The translations under genes were made by a program, and so were the position numbers. This document shows positions 14,823 to 25,555 of a stretch of DNA of 64,000 bases, one piece after another (the stretch's first letter is position 1; the number at the start of each line of letters is the position of its first letter). The notes below the pieces were generated by a model. That model was not told the DNA's origin, searched no databases, and saw only the letters and a program-made list of their open reading frames with translations. The DNA comes from Escherichia coli (GTDB lineage: Bacteria; Pseudomonadota; Gammaproteobacteria; Enterobacterales; Enterobacteriaceae). Location of the stretch: the NCBI RefSeq assembly GCF_003334405.1, contig NZ_QOWM01000001.1. One strand, written 5' to 3'.

Positions 14823-15836
14823 ATGTCTGAAGGCTGGAACATTGCCGTCCTGGGCGCAACTGGCGCTGTGGGCGAAGCCCTGCTTGAAACGCTGGCTGAA
14901 CGTCAGTTCCCGGTTGGGGAAATTTATGCACTGGCACGTAACGAAAGCGCAGGCGAACAACTGCGCTTTGGTGGTAAGACAATCACCGTGCAGGATGCCG
15001 CTGAATTCGACTGGACGCAGGCGCAGCTGGCATTTTTTGTCGCAGGCAAAGAAGCTACCGCTGCCTGGGTTGAAGAAGCGACCAACTCAGGTTGCCTGGT
15101 GATCGACAGCAGTGGATTGTTTGCTCTCGAACCCGACGTACCGCTGGTGGTGCCGGAAGTAAACCCGTTTGTACTGACAGATTACCGGAACCGGAATGTC
15201 ATCGCCGTACCAGACAGTCTGACCAGCCAGCTGCTGGCGGCACTGAAACCGTTAATCGATCAGGGCGGTTTATCACGTATCAGCGTTACCAGCCTGATTT
15301 CAGCCTCCGCCCAGGGCAAAAAAGCGGTCGATGCGTTAGCGGGGCAGAGTGCGAAATTGCTCAACGGCATTCCGATTGACGAAGAAGATTTCTTCGGGCG
15401 TCAGCTGGCGTTCAACATGCTGCCGTTACTGCCGGATAGCGAAGGTAGCGTGCGTGAAGAACGTCGTATCGTTGACGAAGTACGCAAAATCCTGCAGGAC
15501 GAAGGGCTGATGATTTCGGCTAGCGTCGTCCAGGCACCGGTATTCTACGGTCATGCCCAGATGGTCAACTTTGAAGCTCTGCGTCCACTGGCAGCAGAAG
15601 AAGCGCGTGATGCGTTTGTTCAAGGCGAAGATATTGTGCTCTCTGAAGAGAACGAATTCCCAACTCAGGTAGGTGATGCTTCGGGTACGCCGCATCTTTC
15701 TGTTGGCTGCGTGCGTAATGACTACGGTATGCCGGAGCAAGTCCAGTTCTGGTCGGTGGCCGATAACGTTCGCTTTGGCGGCGCGCTGATGGCAGTAAAA
15801 ATCGCCGAGAAACTGGTGCAGGAGTATCTGTACTAA
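14823..15836 (+). CDS. usg: Aspartate-semialdehyde dehydrogenase paralogue USG-1 (337 aa)
   Basis: N-terminal NAD(P) Rossmann motif VLGATGAVG; immediately upstream of and overlapping truA. Confidence 0.85.
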
Positions 15837-16648
15837 TGTCCGACCAGCAACAACCGCCAGTTTATAAAATTGCGCTGGGCATTGAGTACGACGGCAGTAA
15901 GTATTACGGCTGGCAACGGCAGAACGAAGTCCGCAGTGTGCAGGAGAAGCTGGAAAAGGCGCTCTCCCAGGTGGCGAACGAACCCATCACCGTCTTCTGC
16001 GCCGGGCGTACTGACGCAGGGGTACACGGTACCGGGCAGGTTGTGCATTTCGAAACAACCGCGCTGCGCAAAGACGCGGCGTGGACCTTGGGCGTAAATG
16101 CGAATTTACCTGGTGACATCGCTGTGCGTTGGGTTAAAGCTGTACCTGATGATTTTCATGCCCGATTTAGCGCCACGGCTCGCCGTTATCGCTACATCAT
16201 CTACAATCATCGGCTGCGCCCGGCGGTACTGAGTAAAGGGGTAACCCATTTTTACGAACCGCTGGACGCTGAACGGATGCATCGGGCTGCGCAATGCTTG
16301 CTGGGCGAGAATGATTTCACCTCGTTCCGTGCGGTGCAGTGCCAGTCCCGAACCCCGTGGCGCAACGTTATGCATATTAATGTCACGCGTCACGGTCCTT
16401 ATGTGGTGGTAGATATTAAAGCGAATGCTTTTGTACATCATATGGTCAGGAATATTGTCGGCAGCCTGATGGAAGTCGGTGCCCACAACCAGCCGGAGAG
16501 CTGGATAGCAGAGTTGCTGGCGGCAAAGGACAGAACGCTGGCGGCAGCAACGGCAAAAGCGGAAGGGCTGTATCTGGTCGCGGTGGATTACCCTGACCGG
16601 TATGATCTTCCAAAACCGCCAATGGGCCCGCTATTTCTGGCGGACTAA
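15836..16648 (+). CDS. truA: tRNA pseudouridine(38-40) synthase (270 aa)
   Basis: TAATG overlap with usg; catalytic region ..[12 protein letters not shown].. typical of TruA. Confidence 0.95.
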   Translation: MSDQQQPPVYKIALGIEYDGSKYYGWQRQNEVRSVQEKLEKALSQVANEPITVFCAGRTDAGVHGTGQVVHFETTALRKDAAWTLGVNANLPGDIAVRWVKAVPDDFHARFSATARRYRYIIYNHRLRPAVLSKGVTHFYEPLDAERMHRAAQCLLGENDFTSFRAVQCQSRTPWRNVMHINVTRHGPYVVVDIKANAFVHHMVRNIVGSLMEVGAHNQPESWIAELLAAKDRTLAAATAKAEGLYLVAVDYPDRYDLPKPPMGPLFLAD

Positions 16649-16730
16649 CGAGAATAATGCTCGGAACATTTCAGGCTGTAGCTAACGTAGTTACAGCCTG
16701 AAAGATGACGAGTACAAGGCATAGGCAAAT

Positions 16731-17390
16731 ATGGACCTGATTTATTTCCTCATCGATTTTATCCTGCACATTGACGTGCATCTGGCAGAGCTGGTCGCGG
16801 AGTACGGCGTCTGGGTTTATGCCATTTTGTTCTTAATTTTGTTCTGTGAAACCGGTCTGGTGGTAACGCCGTTTTTACCGGGTGATTCATTGCTGTTTGT
16901 TGCCGGAGCGTTGGCATCACTGGAAACCAACGATCTCAACGTCCATATGATGGTGGTGCTGATGCTGATCGCCGCGATTGTGGGTGACGCGGTCAATTAC
17001 ACTATCGGGCGGTTGTTCGGTGAAAAGTTGTTCAGTAATCCCAATTCGAAAATTTTCCGTCGCAGTTATCTCGACAAAACCCATCAGTTTTATGAGAAAC
17101 ATGGCGGCAAAACGATTATTCTCGCCCGTTTTGTGCCGATCGTCAGAACGTTCGCCCCGTTTGTTGCGGGAATGGGCCACATGTCGTACCGTCATTTCGC
17201 CGCTTATAACGTGATCGGCGCACTGTTGTGGGTACTGCTTTTTACCTACGCAGGCTATTTCTTCGGTACAATCCCGATGGTTCAGGATAACCTTAAGCTG
17301 CTGATCGTCGGGATTATTGTGGTTTCTATTTTGCCGGGCGTCATCGAAATAATCCGTCACAAACGCGCTGCGGCACGCGCCGCAAAATAA
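16731..17390 (+). CDS. dedA: DedA-family inner membrane protein (219 aa)
   Basis: Hydrophobic DedA/SNARE-associated profile; K-12 synteny. Confidence 0.85.
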   Translation: MDLIYFLIDFILHIDVHLAELVAEYGVWVYAILFLILFCETGLVVTPFLPGDSLLFVAGALASLETNDLNVHMMVVLMLIAAIVGDAVNYTIGRLFGEKLFSNPNSKIFRRSYLDKTHQFYEKHGGKTIILARFVPIVRTFAPFVAGMGHMSYRHFAAYNVIGALLWVLLFTYAGYFFGTIPMVQDNLKLLIVGIIVVSILPGVIEIIRHKRAAARAAK

Positions 17391-17545
17391 AAAGTAACTC
17401 CGCGGTTCGACCACTTTTTTATCCAAAGTTTCGGGCTGTTATGTTTTAATGTGCAACATTCATGGTCTGTTGGGGGCAAAAATGGCATTATGCGTCCCCA
17501 AAGATAAAACTGGCATCGAACCAGGTTCAGACAGAAAGGTCCCTA

Positions 17546-18460
17546 ATGAGCTGGATTGAACGAATTAAAAGCAACATTACTCCCACCCGCAAGGCGAGCA
17601 TTCCTGAAGGGGTGTGGACTAAGTGTGATAGCTGCGGTCAGGTTTTATACCGCGCTGAGCTGGAACGTAATCTTGAGGTCTGTCCGAAGTGTGACCATCA
17701 CATGCGTATGACAGCGCGTAATCGCCTGCATAGCCTGTTAGATGAAGGAAGCCTTGTGGAGCTGGGTAGCGAGCTTGAGCCGAAAGATGTGCTGAAGTTT
17801 CGTGACTCCAAGAAGTATAAAGACCGTCTGGCATCTGCGCAGAAAGAAACCGGCGAAAAAGATGCGCTGGTGGTGATGAAAGGCACTCTGTATGGAATGC
17901 CGGTTGTCGCTGCGGCATTCGAGTTCGCCTTTATGGGCGGTTCAATGGGGTCTGTTGTGGGTGCACGTTTCGTGCGTGCCGTTGAGCAGGCGCTGGAAGA
18001 TAACTGCCCGCTGATCTGCTTCTCCGCCTCTGGTGGCGCACGTATGCAGGAAGCACTGATGTCGCTGATGCAGATGGCGAAAACCTCTGCGGCACTGGCA
18101 AAAATGCAGGAGCGCGGCTTGCCGTACATCTCCGTGCTGACCGACCCGACGATGGGCGGTGTTTCTGCAAGTTTCGCCATGCTGGGCGATCTCAACATCG
18201 CTGAACCGAAAGCGTTAATCGGCTTTGCCGGTCCGCGTGTTATCGAACAGACCGTTCGCGAAAAACTGCCGCCTGGATTCCAGCGCAGTGAATTCCTGAT
18301 CGAGAAAGGCGCGATCGACATGATCGTCCGTCGTCCGGAAATGCGCCTGAAACTGGCGAGCATTCTGGCGAAGTTGATGAATCTGCCAGCGCCGAATCCT
18401 GAAGCGCCGCGTGAAGGCGTAGTGGTACCCCCGGTACCGGATCAGGAACCTGAGGCCTGA
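17546..18460 (+). CDS. accD: Acetyl-CoA carboxylase carboxyltransferase beta subunit (304 aa)
   Basis: Starts MSWIERIK..; N-terminal C4 zinc finger (CDSCGQ..CPKC) then carboxyltransferase domain. ORF-track start 17462 is an upstream extension. Confidence 0.9.
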
Positions 18461-18470
18461 TAACTGATAA

Positions 18471-18497
18471 GGGCAGGGCCACTGGCTCTGCCCTTTT
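18471..18497 (+). terminator. Putative rho-independent terminator after accD
   Basis: Stem GGGCAG / CTGCCC followed by TTTT. Confidence 0.55.
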
Positions 18498-18529
18498 GCT
18501 ATTCTCACCGTAACGAATCAGCGGATACC

Positions 18530-19798
18530 ATGATTATCAAACGCACTCCTCAAGCCGCGTCGCCTCTGGCTTCGTGGCTTTCTTATCTGGAAAACCTGCA
18601 CAGTAAAACTATCGATCTCGGCCTTGAGCGCGTGAGCCTGGTCGCGGCGCGTCTTGGCGTCCTGAAACCAGCGCCATTTGTGTTTACCGTTGCGGGTACG
18701 AATGGCAAAGGCACCACCTGCCGTACGCTGGAGTCGATTCTGATGGCGGCAGGGTACAAAGTGGGCGTCTACAGTTCGCCTCATCTGGTGCGTTATACCG
18801 AGCGCGTACGTGTGCAGGGCCAGGAATTGCCGGAATCGGCCCACACCGCCTCTTTTGCGGAGATTGAATCGGCACGCGGTGATATTTCCCTGACCTATTT
18901 CGAGTACGGTACGCTGTCGGCGTTGTGGCTGTTCAAGCAGGCACAACTTGACGTGGTGATTCTGGAAGTAGGGCTGGGCGGTCGTCTGGACGCAACCAAT
19001 ATTGTCGACGCCGATGTCGCGGTAGTAACCAGTATTGCGCTGGATCATACCGACTGGCTGGGTCCAGATCGCGAAAGTATTGGTCGCGAGAAAGCAGGCA
19101 TCTTCCGCAGCGAAAAACCGGCAATTGTCGGTGAGCCGGAAATGCCTTCTACCATTGCTGATGTGGCGCAGGAAAAAGGTGCACTGTTACAACGTCGGGG
19201 CGTTGAGTGGAACTATTCCGTCACCGATCATGACTGGGCGTTTAGCGATGCTCACGGCACGCTGGAAAATCTGCCGTTGCCGCTTGTCCCGCAACCGAAT
19301 GCCGCAACAGCGCTGGCGGCACTGCGTGCCAGCGGGCTGGAAGTCAGTGAAAATGCCATTCGCGACGGGATTGCCAGCGCAATTTTGCCGGGACGTTTCC
19401 AGATTGTGAGCGAGTCGCCACGCGTTATTTTTGATGTCGCGCATAATCCACATGCGGCGGAATATCTCACCGGGCGTATGAAAGCGCTACCGAAAAACGG
19501 GCGCGTGCTGGCGGTTATCGGTATGCTACATGATAAAGATATTGCCGGAACTCTGGCCTGGTTGAAAAGCGTGGTTGATGACTGGTATTGTGCGCCACTG
19601 GAAGGGCCGCGCGGTGCCACGGCAGAACAACTGCTTGAGCATTTGGGTAACGGCAAATCATTTGATAGCGTTGCGCAGGCATGGGATGCCGCAATGGCGG
19701 ACGCTAAAGCGGAAGACACCGTGCTGGTGTGTGGTTCTTTCCACACGGTCGCACATGTCATGGAAGTGATTGACGCGAGGAGAAGCGGTGGCAAGTAA
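18530..19798 (+). CDS. folC: Dihydrofolate synthase / folylpolyglutamate synthase (422 aa)
   Basis: Mur-ligase family P-loop (TVAGTNGKGTT); matches recalled FolC. Confidence 0.9.
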   Translation: MIIKRTPQAASPLASWLSYLENLHSKTIDLGLERVSLVAARLGVLKPAPFVFTVAGTNGKGTTCRTLESILMAAGYKVGVYSSPHLVRYTERVRVQGQELPESAHTASFAEIESARGDISLTYFEYGTLSALWLFKQAQLDVVILEVGLGGRLDATNIVDADVAVVTSIALDHTDWLGPDRESIGREKAGIFRSEKPAIVGEPEMPSTIADVAQEKGALLQRRGVEWNYSVTDHDWAFSDAHGTLENLPLPLVPQPNAATALAALRASGLEVSENAIRDGIASAILPGRFQIVSESPRVIFDVAHNPHAAEYLTGRMKALPKNGRVLAVIGMLHDKDIAGTLAWLKSVVDDWYCAPLEGPRGATAEQLLEHLGNGKSFDSVAQAWDAAMADAKAEDTVLVCGSFHTVAHVMEVIDARRSGGK

Positions 19799-20450
19799 GT
19801 TTCAGAATCGGTTAGTGGGCACGATCGTGCTGGTGGCGCTGGGGGTGATTGTACTTCCAGGGCTGCTGGACGGGCAGAAAAAACATTATCAGGATGAGTT
19901 CGCGGCTATCCCGCTGGTGCCGAAAGCGGGCGATCGTGATGAGCCTGATATGATGCCAGCCGCCACCCAGGCGTTACCGACGCAGCCGCCGGAAGGCGCA
20001 GCGGAAGAGGTGCGGGCAGGTGATGCCGCAGCACCGTCGCTCGATCCGGCCACTATTGCAGCCAATAACACCGAGTTTGAACCGGAACCTGCACCGGTCG
20101 CCCCACCGAAGCCGAAACCGGTGGAGCCGCCTAAACCAAAGGTTGAAGCACCACCTGCGCCGAAGCCAGAACCGAAGCCGGTCGTGGAAGAAAAAGCTGC
20201 ACCGACGGGTAAAGCCTATGTTGTGCAACTGGGTGCGCTGAAAAATGCCGATAAAGTGAATGAGATTGTCGGTAAGCTGCGCGGTGCCGGTTATCGGGTT
20301 TATACGTCGCCATCCACGCCAGTGCAGGGTAAAATTACCCGTATTCTGGTTGGGCCGGATGCCTCGAAAGATAAGCTGAAAGGTTCGCTGGGTGAGTTGA
20401 AGCAACTTTCTGGCTTAAGTGGCGTGGTAATGGGCTATACGCCGAATTAA
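19788..20450 (+). CDS. dedD: Cell division protein DedD with SPOR domain (220 aa)
   Basis: GTG start overlapping folC 3' end by 11 nt; TM helix, Pro/Ala-rich linker, C-terminal SPOR domain. Confidence 0.8.
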   Translation: MASKFQNRLVGTIVLVALGVIVLPGLLDGQKKHYQDEFAAIPLVPKAGDRDEPDMMPAATQALPTQPPEGAAEEVRAGDAAAPSLDPATIAANNTEFEPEPAPVAPPKPKPVEPPKPKVEAPPAPKPEPKPVVEEKAAPTGKAYVVQLGALKNADKVNEIVGKLRGAGYRVYTSPSTPVQGKITRILVGPDASKDKLKGSLGELKQLSGLSGVVMGYTPN

Positions 20451-20459
20451 TACGGTCTT

Positions 20460-20543
20460 GCCTGATGCGACGCTGGCGCGTCTTATCAGGCCTACGCAGG
20501 GGTAGAACCGTAGGTCGGATAAGGCGTTTACGCCGCATCCGAC
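20460..20543. repeat. BIME: two inverted REP palindromes
   Basis: GCCTGATGCGACGCTGGCGCGTCTTATCAGGCCTAC and GTAGGTCGGATAAGGCGTTTACGCCGCATCCGAC between dedD and cvpA. Confidence 0.7.
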
Positions 20544-20636
20544 ACGCATTGCCCGATGCCGCAAAGGCATAAAAAGTCGATGGCGTTGAATATTTTTTCA
20601 GCGCCATTTTTATTGATGCGCGGGAAGGAAATCCCT

Positions 20637-20665
20637 ACGCAAACGTTTTCTTTTTCTGTTAGAAT
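20637..20665 (+). promoter_or_regulatory. PurR operator (pur box) and -10 element of the cvpA-purF-ubiX promoter
   Basis: ACGCAAACGTTTTCTT matches the pur-box consensus; TAGAAT -10 hexamer 8 bp downstream, about 45 bp upstream of cvpA. Confidence 0.65.
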
Positions 20666-20708
20666 GCGCCCCGAACAGGATGACAGGGCGTAAAATCGTG
20701 GGACACAT

Positions 20709-21197
20709 ATGGTCTGGATTGATTACGCCATAATCGCGGTGATTGCTTTTTCCTCTCTGGTTAGCCTGATCCGCGGCTTTGTTCGTGAAGCGTTATCGCT
20801 GGTGACATGGGGTTGTGCTTTCTTTGTTGCCAGTCATTACTACACTTACCTGTCAGTCTGGTTTACGGGCTTTGAAGACGAACTGGTTCGAAATGGGATT
20901 GCCATCGCGGTACTGTTTATCGCTACCCTGATCGTTGGTGCTATCGTGAACTTCGTGATAGGCCAGTTGGTGGAGAAAACGGGGTTGTCAGGCACCGATC
21001 GGGTGCTGGGCGTCTGTTTCGGTGCGTTGCGCGGTGTGTTGATTGTTGCTGCCATTCTCTTCTTTCTCGACTCCTTTACCGGGGTGTCGAAAAGCGAAGA
21101 CTGGAGCAAATCACAGCTGATCCCGCAATTCAGTTTTATCATCAGATGGTTTTTTGATTATCTGCAAAGCTCGTCAAGTTTCTTGCCCAGAGCGTAA
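20709..21197 (+). CDS. cvpA: Colicin V production membrane protein (162 aa)
   Basis: Four hydrophobic segments; immediately upstream of purF. Confidence 0.85.
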   Translation: MVWIDYAIIAVIAFSSLVSLIRGFVREALSLVTWGCAFFVASHYYTYLSVWFTGFEDELVRNGIAIAVLFIATLIVGAIVNFVIGQLVEKTGLSGTDRVLGVCFGALRGVLIVAAILFFLDSFTGVSKSEDWSKSQLIPQFSFIIRWFFDYLQSSSSFLPRA

Positions 21198-21233
21198 GTG
21201 CTCTGAGATGTGGCTTAACGAGGAAAAAGACGT

Positions 21234-22751
21234 ATGTGCGGTATTGTCGGTATCGCCGGTGTTATGCCGGTTAACCAGTCGATTTATGATGCCTTAACGG
21301 TGCTTCAGCATCGCGGTCAGGATGCCGCCGGCATCATCACCATAGATGCCAATAACTGCTTCCGTTTGCGTAAAGCGAACGGGCTGGTGAGCGATGTATT
21401 TGAAGCTCGCCATATGCAGCGTTTGCAGGGCAATATGGGCATTGGTCATGTGCGTTACCCCACGGCTGGCAGCTCCAGCGCCTCTGAAGCGCAGCCGTTT
21501 TACGTTAACTCCCCGTATGGCATTACGCTTGCCCACAACGGCAATCTGACCAACGCTCACGAGTTGCGTAAAAAACTGTTTGAAGAAAAACGCCGCCACA
21601 TCAACACCACTTCCGACTCGGAAATTCTGCTTAATATCTTCGCCAGCGAGCTGGACAACTTCCGCCACTACCCGCTGGAAGCCGACAATATTTTCGCTGC
21701 CATTGCTGCCACAAACCGCTTAATCCGCGGCGCGTATGCCTGTGTGGCGATGATTATCGGCCACGGTATGGTTGCTTTCCGCGATCCAAACGGGATTCGT
21801 CCGCTGGTACTGGGAAAACGTGATATTGACGAGAACCGTACAGAATATATGGTCGCTTCCGAAAGCGTAGCGCTCGATACGCTGGGCTTTGATTTCCTGC
21901 GTGACGTCGCGCCGGGCGAAGCGATTTACATCACTGAAGAAGGGCAGTTGTTTACCCGTCAATGTGCTGACAATCCGGTCAGCAATCCGTGCCTGTTTGA
22001 GTATGTATACTTTGCCCGCCCGGACTCGTTTATCGACAAAATTTCCGTTTACAGCGCGCGTGTGAATATGGGCACGAAACTGGGCGAGAAAATTGCCCGC
22101 GAATGGGAAGATCTGGATATCGACGTGGTGATCCCGATCCCAGAAACCTCGTGTGATATCGCGCTGGAAATTGCTCGTATTCTGGGCAAACCGTACCGCC
22201 AGGGCTTCGTTAAAAACCGCTATGTTGGCCGCACCTTTATCATGCCGGGCCAGCAGCTGCGTCGTAAGTCCGTGCGCCGTAAACTGAATGCCAACCGCGC
22301 CGAGTTCCGCGATAAAAACGTCCTGCTGGTCGACGACTCCATCGTCCGTGGCACCACTTCTGAGCAGATTATCGAGATGGCACGCGAAGCCGGAGCGAAG
22401 AAAGTGTACCTCGCTTCTGCGGCACCGGAAATTCGCTTCCCGAACGTTTATGGTATTGATATGCCGAGCGCCACGGAACTGATCGCTCACGGTCGCGAAG
22501 TTGATGAAATTCGCCAGATCATCGGTGCTGACGGGTTGATTTTCCAGGATCTGAACGATCTGATCGACGCCGTTCGCGCTGAAAATCCGGATATCCAGCA
22601 GTTTGAATGCTCGGTGTTCAACGGCGTCTACGTCACCAAAGATGTTGATCAGGGCTACCTCGATTTCCTCGATACGTTACGTAATGATGACGCCAAAGCA
22701 GTGCAACGTCAGAACGAAGTGGAAAATCTCGAAATGCATAACGAAGGATGA
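21234..22751 (+). CDS. purF: Amidophosphoribosyltransferase (505 aa)
   Basis: N-terminal nucleophile MCGIVGI..; PRTase motif [13 protein letters not shown]. Confidence 0.95.
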
Positions 22752-22845
22752 TGCCTTCGCTGAGGGTGCCGGTCTGGCACCCTGACTTGCAACTCCCGCC
22801 GAAATCCTGCAAAGTCTGCCTGCAAGTCTGACAGGGCAACTATTT

Positions 22846-23415
22846 ATGAAACGACTCATTGTAGGCATCAGCGGTGCCAGCGGCGCGATTTATGGCGTGC
22901 GCTTATTACAGGTTCTGCGCGATGTCACAGATATCGAAACGCATCTGGTGATGAGCCAGGCAGCGCGCCAGACCTTATCCCTCGAAACGGATTTTTCTCT
23001 GCGCGAAGTGCAGGCATTAGCCGATGTCACGCACGATGCGCGCGATATTGCCGCCAGCATCTCTTCCGGTTCTTTCCAGACGCTGGGGATGGTGATTTTA
23101 CCCTGTTCAATCAAAACCCTTTCCGGCATTGTCCATAGCTATACTGATGGCTTACTGACCCGTGCGGCAGATGTGGTGCTGAAAGAGCGTCGCCCGTTGG
23201 TGCTCTGCGTGCGTGAAACACCATTGCACTTAGGCCATCTGCGTTTAATGACTCAGGCGGCAGAAATCGGTGCGGTGATTATGCCTCCCGTTCCGGCGTT
23301 TTATCATCGCCCGCAATCCCTTGATGATGTGATAAATCAGACGGTTAATCGTGTTCTTGACCAGTTTGCGATAACCCTTCCTGAAGATCTCTTTGCCCGC
23401 TGGCAGGGCGCATAA
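22846..23415 (+). CDS. ubiX: Flavin prenyltransferase UbiX (189 aa)
   Basis: MKRLIVGISGASGAIYGVRLLQVL.. flavoprotein fold. Confidence 0.9.
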   Translation: MKRLIVGISGASGAIYGVRLLQVLRDVTDIETHLVMSQAARQTLSLETDFSLREVQALADVTHDARDIAASISSGSFQTLGMVILPCSIKTLSGIVHSYTDGLLTRAADVVLKERRPLVLCVRETPLHLGHLRLMTQAAEIGAVIMPPVPAFYHRPQSLDDVINQTVNRVLDQFAITLPEDLFARWQGA

Positions 23416-23596
23416 CTCCGCTGTTGCCCTGTTTCAGGGCAATTTTGCAACCGCGATCAAATCCTCGACATTTTGTTTCTGCCATTCAATCGAAACGCTG
23501 CGATTCAACCGCTATACCTGCTATCTTCAACTTCAGGACAATAATGCAACGTCTTATTAACATATTTAACGTTGAATGTTACTGTTGTCGTCAAGA

Positions 23597-23612
23597 TGGC
23601 ATAAGACCTGCA
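23597..23612 (+). promoter_or_regulatory. Candidate sigma54 (-24/-12) promoter of argT
   Basis: TGGCAT-N5-CTGCA, with GG and GC at the canonical spacing of TGGCAC-N5-TTGCA, about 70 bp upstream of the argT ATG. Confidence 0.5.
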
Positions 23613-23680
23613 TGAAAGAGCCTGCAAACACACAACACAATACACAACATAAAAAAGCCATTTTCACTTGAGGGTTATGT

Positions 23681-24463
23681 ATGAAGAAGTCGATTCTCGC
23701 TCTGTCTTTGTTAGTCGGTCTCTCCACAGCGGCTTCCAGCTATGCGGCGCTACCGGAGACGGTACGTATCGGAACCGATACCACCTACGCACCGTTCTCA
23801 TCGAAAGATGCTAAAGGTGATTTTGTTGGCTTTGATATCGATCTCGGTAACGAGATGTGCAAACGGATGCAGGTGAAATGTACCTGGGTTGCCAGTGACT
23901 TTGACGCGCTGATCCCCTCACTGAAAGCGAAAAAAATCGACGCTATTATTTCGTCGCTTTCCATTACCGATAAACGTCAGCAGGAGATTGCCTTCTCCGA
24001 CAAGCTGTACGCCGCAGATTCTCGTTTGATTGCGGCCAAAGGTTCACCGATTCAGCCAACGCTGGATTCACTGAAAGGTAAACATGTTGGTGTGCTGCAG
24101 GGATCAACCCAGGAAGCTTACGCTAACGAGACCTGGCGTAGTAAAGGCGTGGATGTGGTGGCCTATGCCAACCAGGATTTGGTCTATTCCGATCTGGCTG
24201 CAGGACGTCTGGATGCTGCGTTACAAGATGAAGTTGCTGCCAGCGAAGGATTCCTCAAGCAACCTGCTGGTAAAGATTTCGCCTTTGCTGGCTCATCAGT
24301 AAAAGACAAAAAATACTTCGGTGATGGCACCGGTGTAGGGCTACGTAAAGATGATGCTGAACTGACGGCTGCCTTCAATAAGGCGCTTGGCGAGCTGCGT
24401 CAGGACGGCACCTACGACAAGATGGCGAAAAAGTATTTCGACTTTAATGTCTACGGTGACTGA
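23681..24463 (+). CDS. argT: Periplasmic lysine/arginine/ornithine-binding protein (260 aa)
   Basis: Signal peptide and type-2 periplasmic binding fold; about 70% identical to the downstream paralogue hisJ. Confidence 0.9.
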   Translation: MKKSILALSLLVGLSTAASSYAALPETVRIGTDTTYAPFSSKDAKGDFVGFDIDLGNEMCKRMQVKCTWVASDFDALIPSLKAKKIDAIISSLSITDKRQQEIAFSDKLYAADSRLIAAKGSPIQPTLDSLKGKHVGVLQGSTQEAYANETWRSKGVDVVAYANQDLVYSDLAAGRLDAALQDEVAASEGFLKQPAGKDFAFAGSSVKDKKYFGDGTGVGLRKDDAELTAAFNKALGELRQDGTYDKMAKKYFDFNVYGD

Positions 24464-24521
24464 TACGTCGCTGGGAAGCTGTACCTGATGGAATGATCAT
24501 CATGGTGCACGCCAGGTTTGT

Positions 24522-24538
24522 TGCACTATCGTGGTGCA
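24522..24538 (+). promoter_or_regulatory. NtrC-like enhancer palindrome upstream of hisJ
   Basis: TGCACT-ATCGT-GGTGCA matches the NtrC dyad TGCACC-N5-GGTGCA; an extra GGTGCAC half-site lies at 24504-24510. Confidence 0.45.
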
Positions 24539-24683
24539 TTGAAATGCATACTTAAGCATTTTTAATGAAAAATAATACGTCTAACGGGGCGGGATATTTT
24601 GCCTTGATGGTCAATTTTATGGCACGATAAGTGTAACAAACCTGTAAATATTCCCTATAAAAAGACTGTCAGTTGAGGACATT

Positions 24684-25466
24684 ATGAAAAAACTGGTGCT
24701 ATCGCTCTCTCTGGTTCTGGCCTTCTCCAGCGCAACTGCGGCGTTTGCTGCGATTCCGCAAAACATCCGCATCGGTACCGACCCGACCTATGCGCCATTT
24801 GAATCAAAAAATTCACAAGGCGAACTGGTTGGCTTCGATATCGATCTGGCAAAGGAATTATGCAAACGCATCAATACGCAATGTACGTTTGTCGAAAATC
24901 CGCTGGATGCGTTAATCCCGTCCTTAAAAGCGAAGAAGATTGACGCCATCATGTCATCGCTTTCCATTACGGAAAAACGTCAGCAAGAAATAGCCTTCAC
25001 CGACAAACTGTACGCTGCCGATTCTCGTTTGGTGGTGGCGAAAAATTCTGACATTCAGCCGACAGTCGAGTCGCTGAAAGGCAAACGGGTAGGCGTATTG
25101 CAGGGCACCACCCAGGAGACGTTCGGTAATGAACATTGGGCACCAAAAGGCATTGAAATCGTCTCGTATCAGGGGCAGGACAACATTTATTCTGACCTGA
25201 CTGCCGGACGTATTGATGCCGCGTTCCAGGATGAGGTCGCTGCCAGCGAAGGTTTCCTCAAACAACCTGTCGGTAAAGATTACAAATTCGGTGGCCCGTC
25301 TGTTAAAGATGAAAAACTGTTTGGCGTAGGGACCGGCATGGGCCTGCGTAAAGAAGATAACGAACTGCGCGAAGCACTGAACAAAGCCTTTGCCGAAATG
25401 CGCGCTGACGGTACTTACGAGAAATTAGCGAAAAAGTACTTCGATTTTGATGTTTATGGTGGCTAA
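24684..25466 (+). CDS. hisJ: Periplasmic histidine-binding protein (260 aa)
   Basis: Signal peptide, periplasmic binding fold; first gene of hisJQMP. Confidence 0.9.
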   Translation: MKKLVLSLSLVLAFSSATAAFAAIPQNIRIGTDPTYAPFESKNSQGELVGFDIDLAKELCKRINTQCTFVENPLDALIPSLKAKKIDAIMSSLSITEKRQQEIAFTDKLYAADSRLVVAKNSDIQPTVESLKGKRVGVLQGTTQETFGNEHWAPKGIEIVSYQGQDNIYSDLTAGRIDAAFQDEVAASEGFLKQPVGKDYKFGGPSVKDEKLFGVGTGMGLRKEDNELREALNKAFAEMRADGTYEKLAKKYFDFDVYGG

Positions 25467-25490
25467 TCGCCATCGGTGAAAGAAAGCCCG

Positions 25491-25514
25491 CTCCCTTCGG
25501 GTAACCGGAGGGAG
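25491..25514 (+). other. Intercistronic RNA stem-loop between hisJ and hisQ
   Basis: CTCCCTTCGG-GTAA-CCGGAGGGAG: 10-bp stem (one mismatch) with GNRA-like loop and no U-tract. Confidence 0.5.
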
Positions 25515-25555
25515 ACAAGAGGCGGTAATTCACCACACACGACAGGACAGGCAGC

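Noticed and set aside
22765..22783. Terminator between purF and ubiX
   Set aside because: A GC hairpin (GGGTGCC..GGCACCC) is present but no U-tract follows, and ubiX is expected to be co-transcribed. Treated as RNA structure only.
24620..24635. Full sigma54 promoter call for hisJ
   Set aside because: The -24 box is perfect (TGGCAC) but the -12 box is GTGTA, lacking the conserved GC. Reported only as a finding to test, not as a feature.
23681..25466. argT / hisJ as a repeat or duplicated mobile segment
   Set aside because: The similarity is between two intact paralogous binding-protein genes with distinct promoters, an ancient tandem duplication rather than a repeat element or recent insertion.
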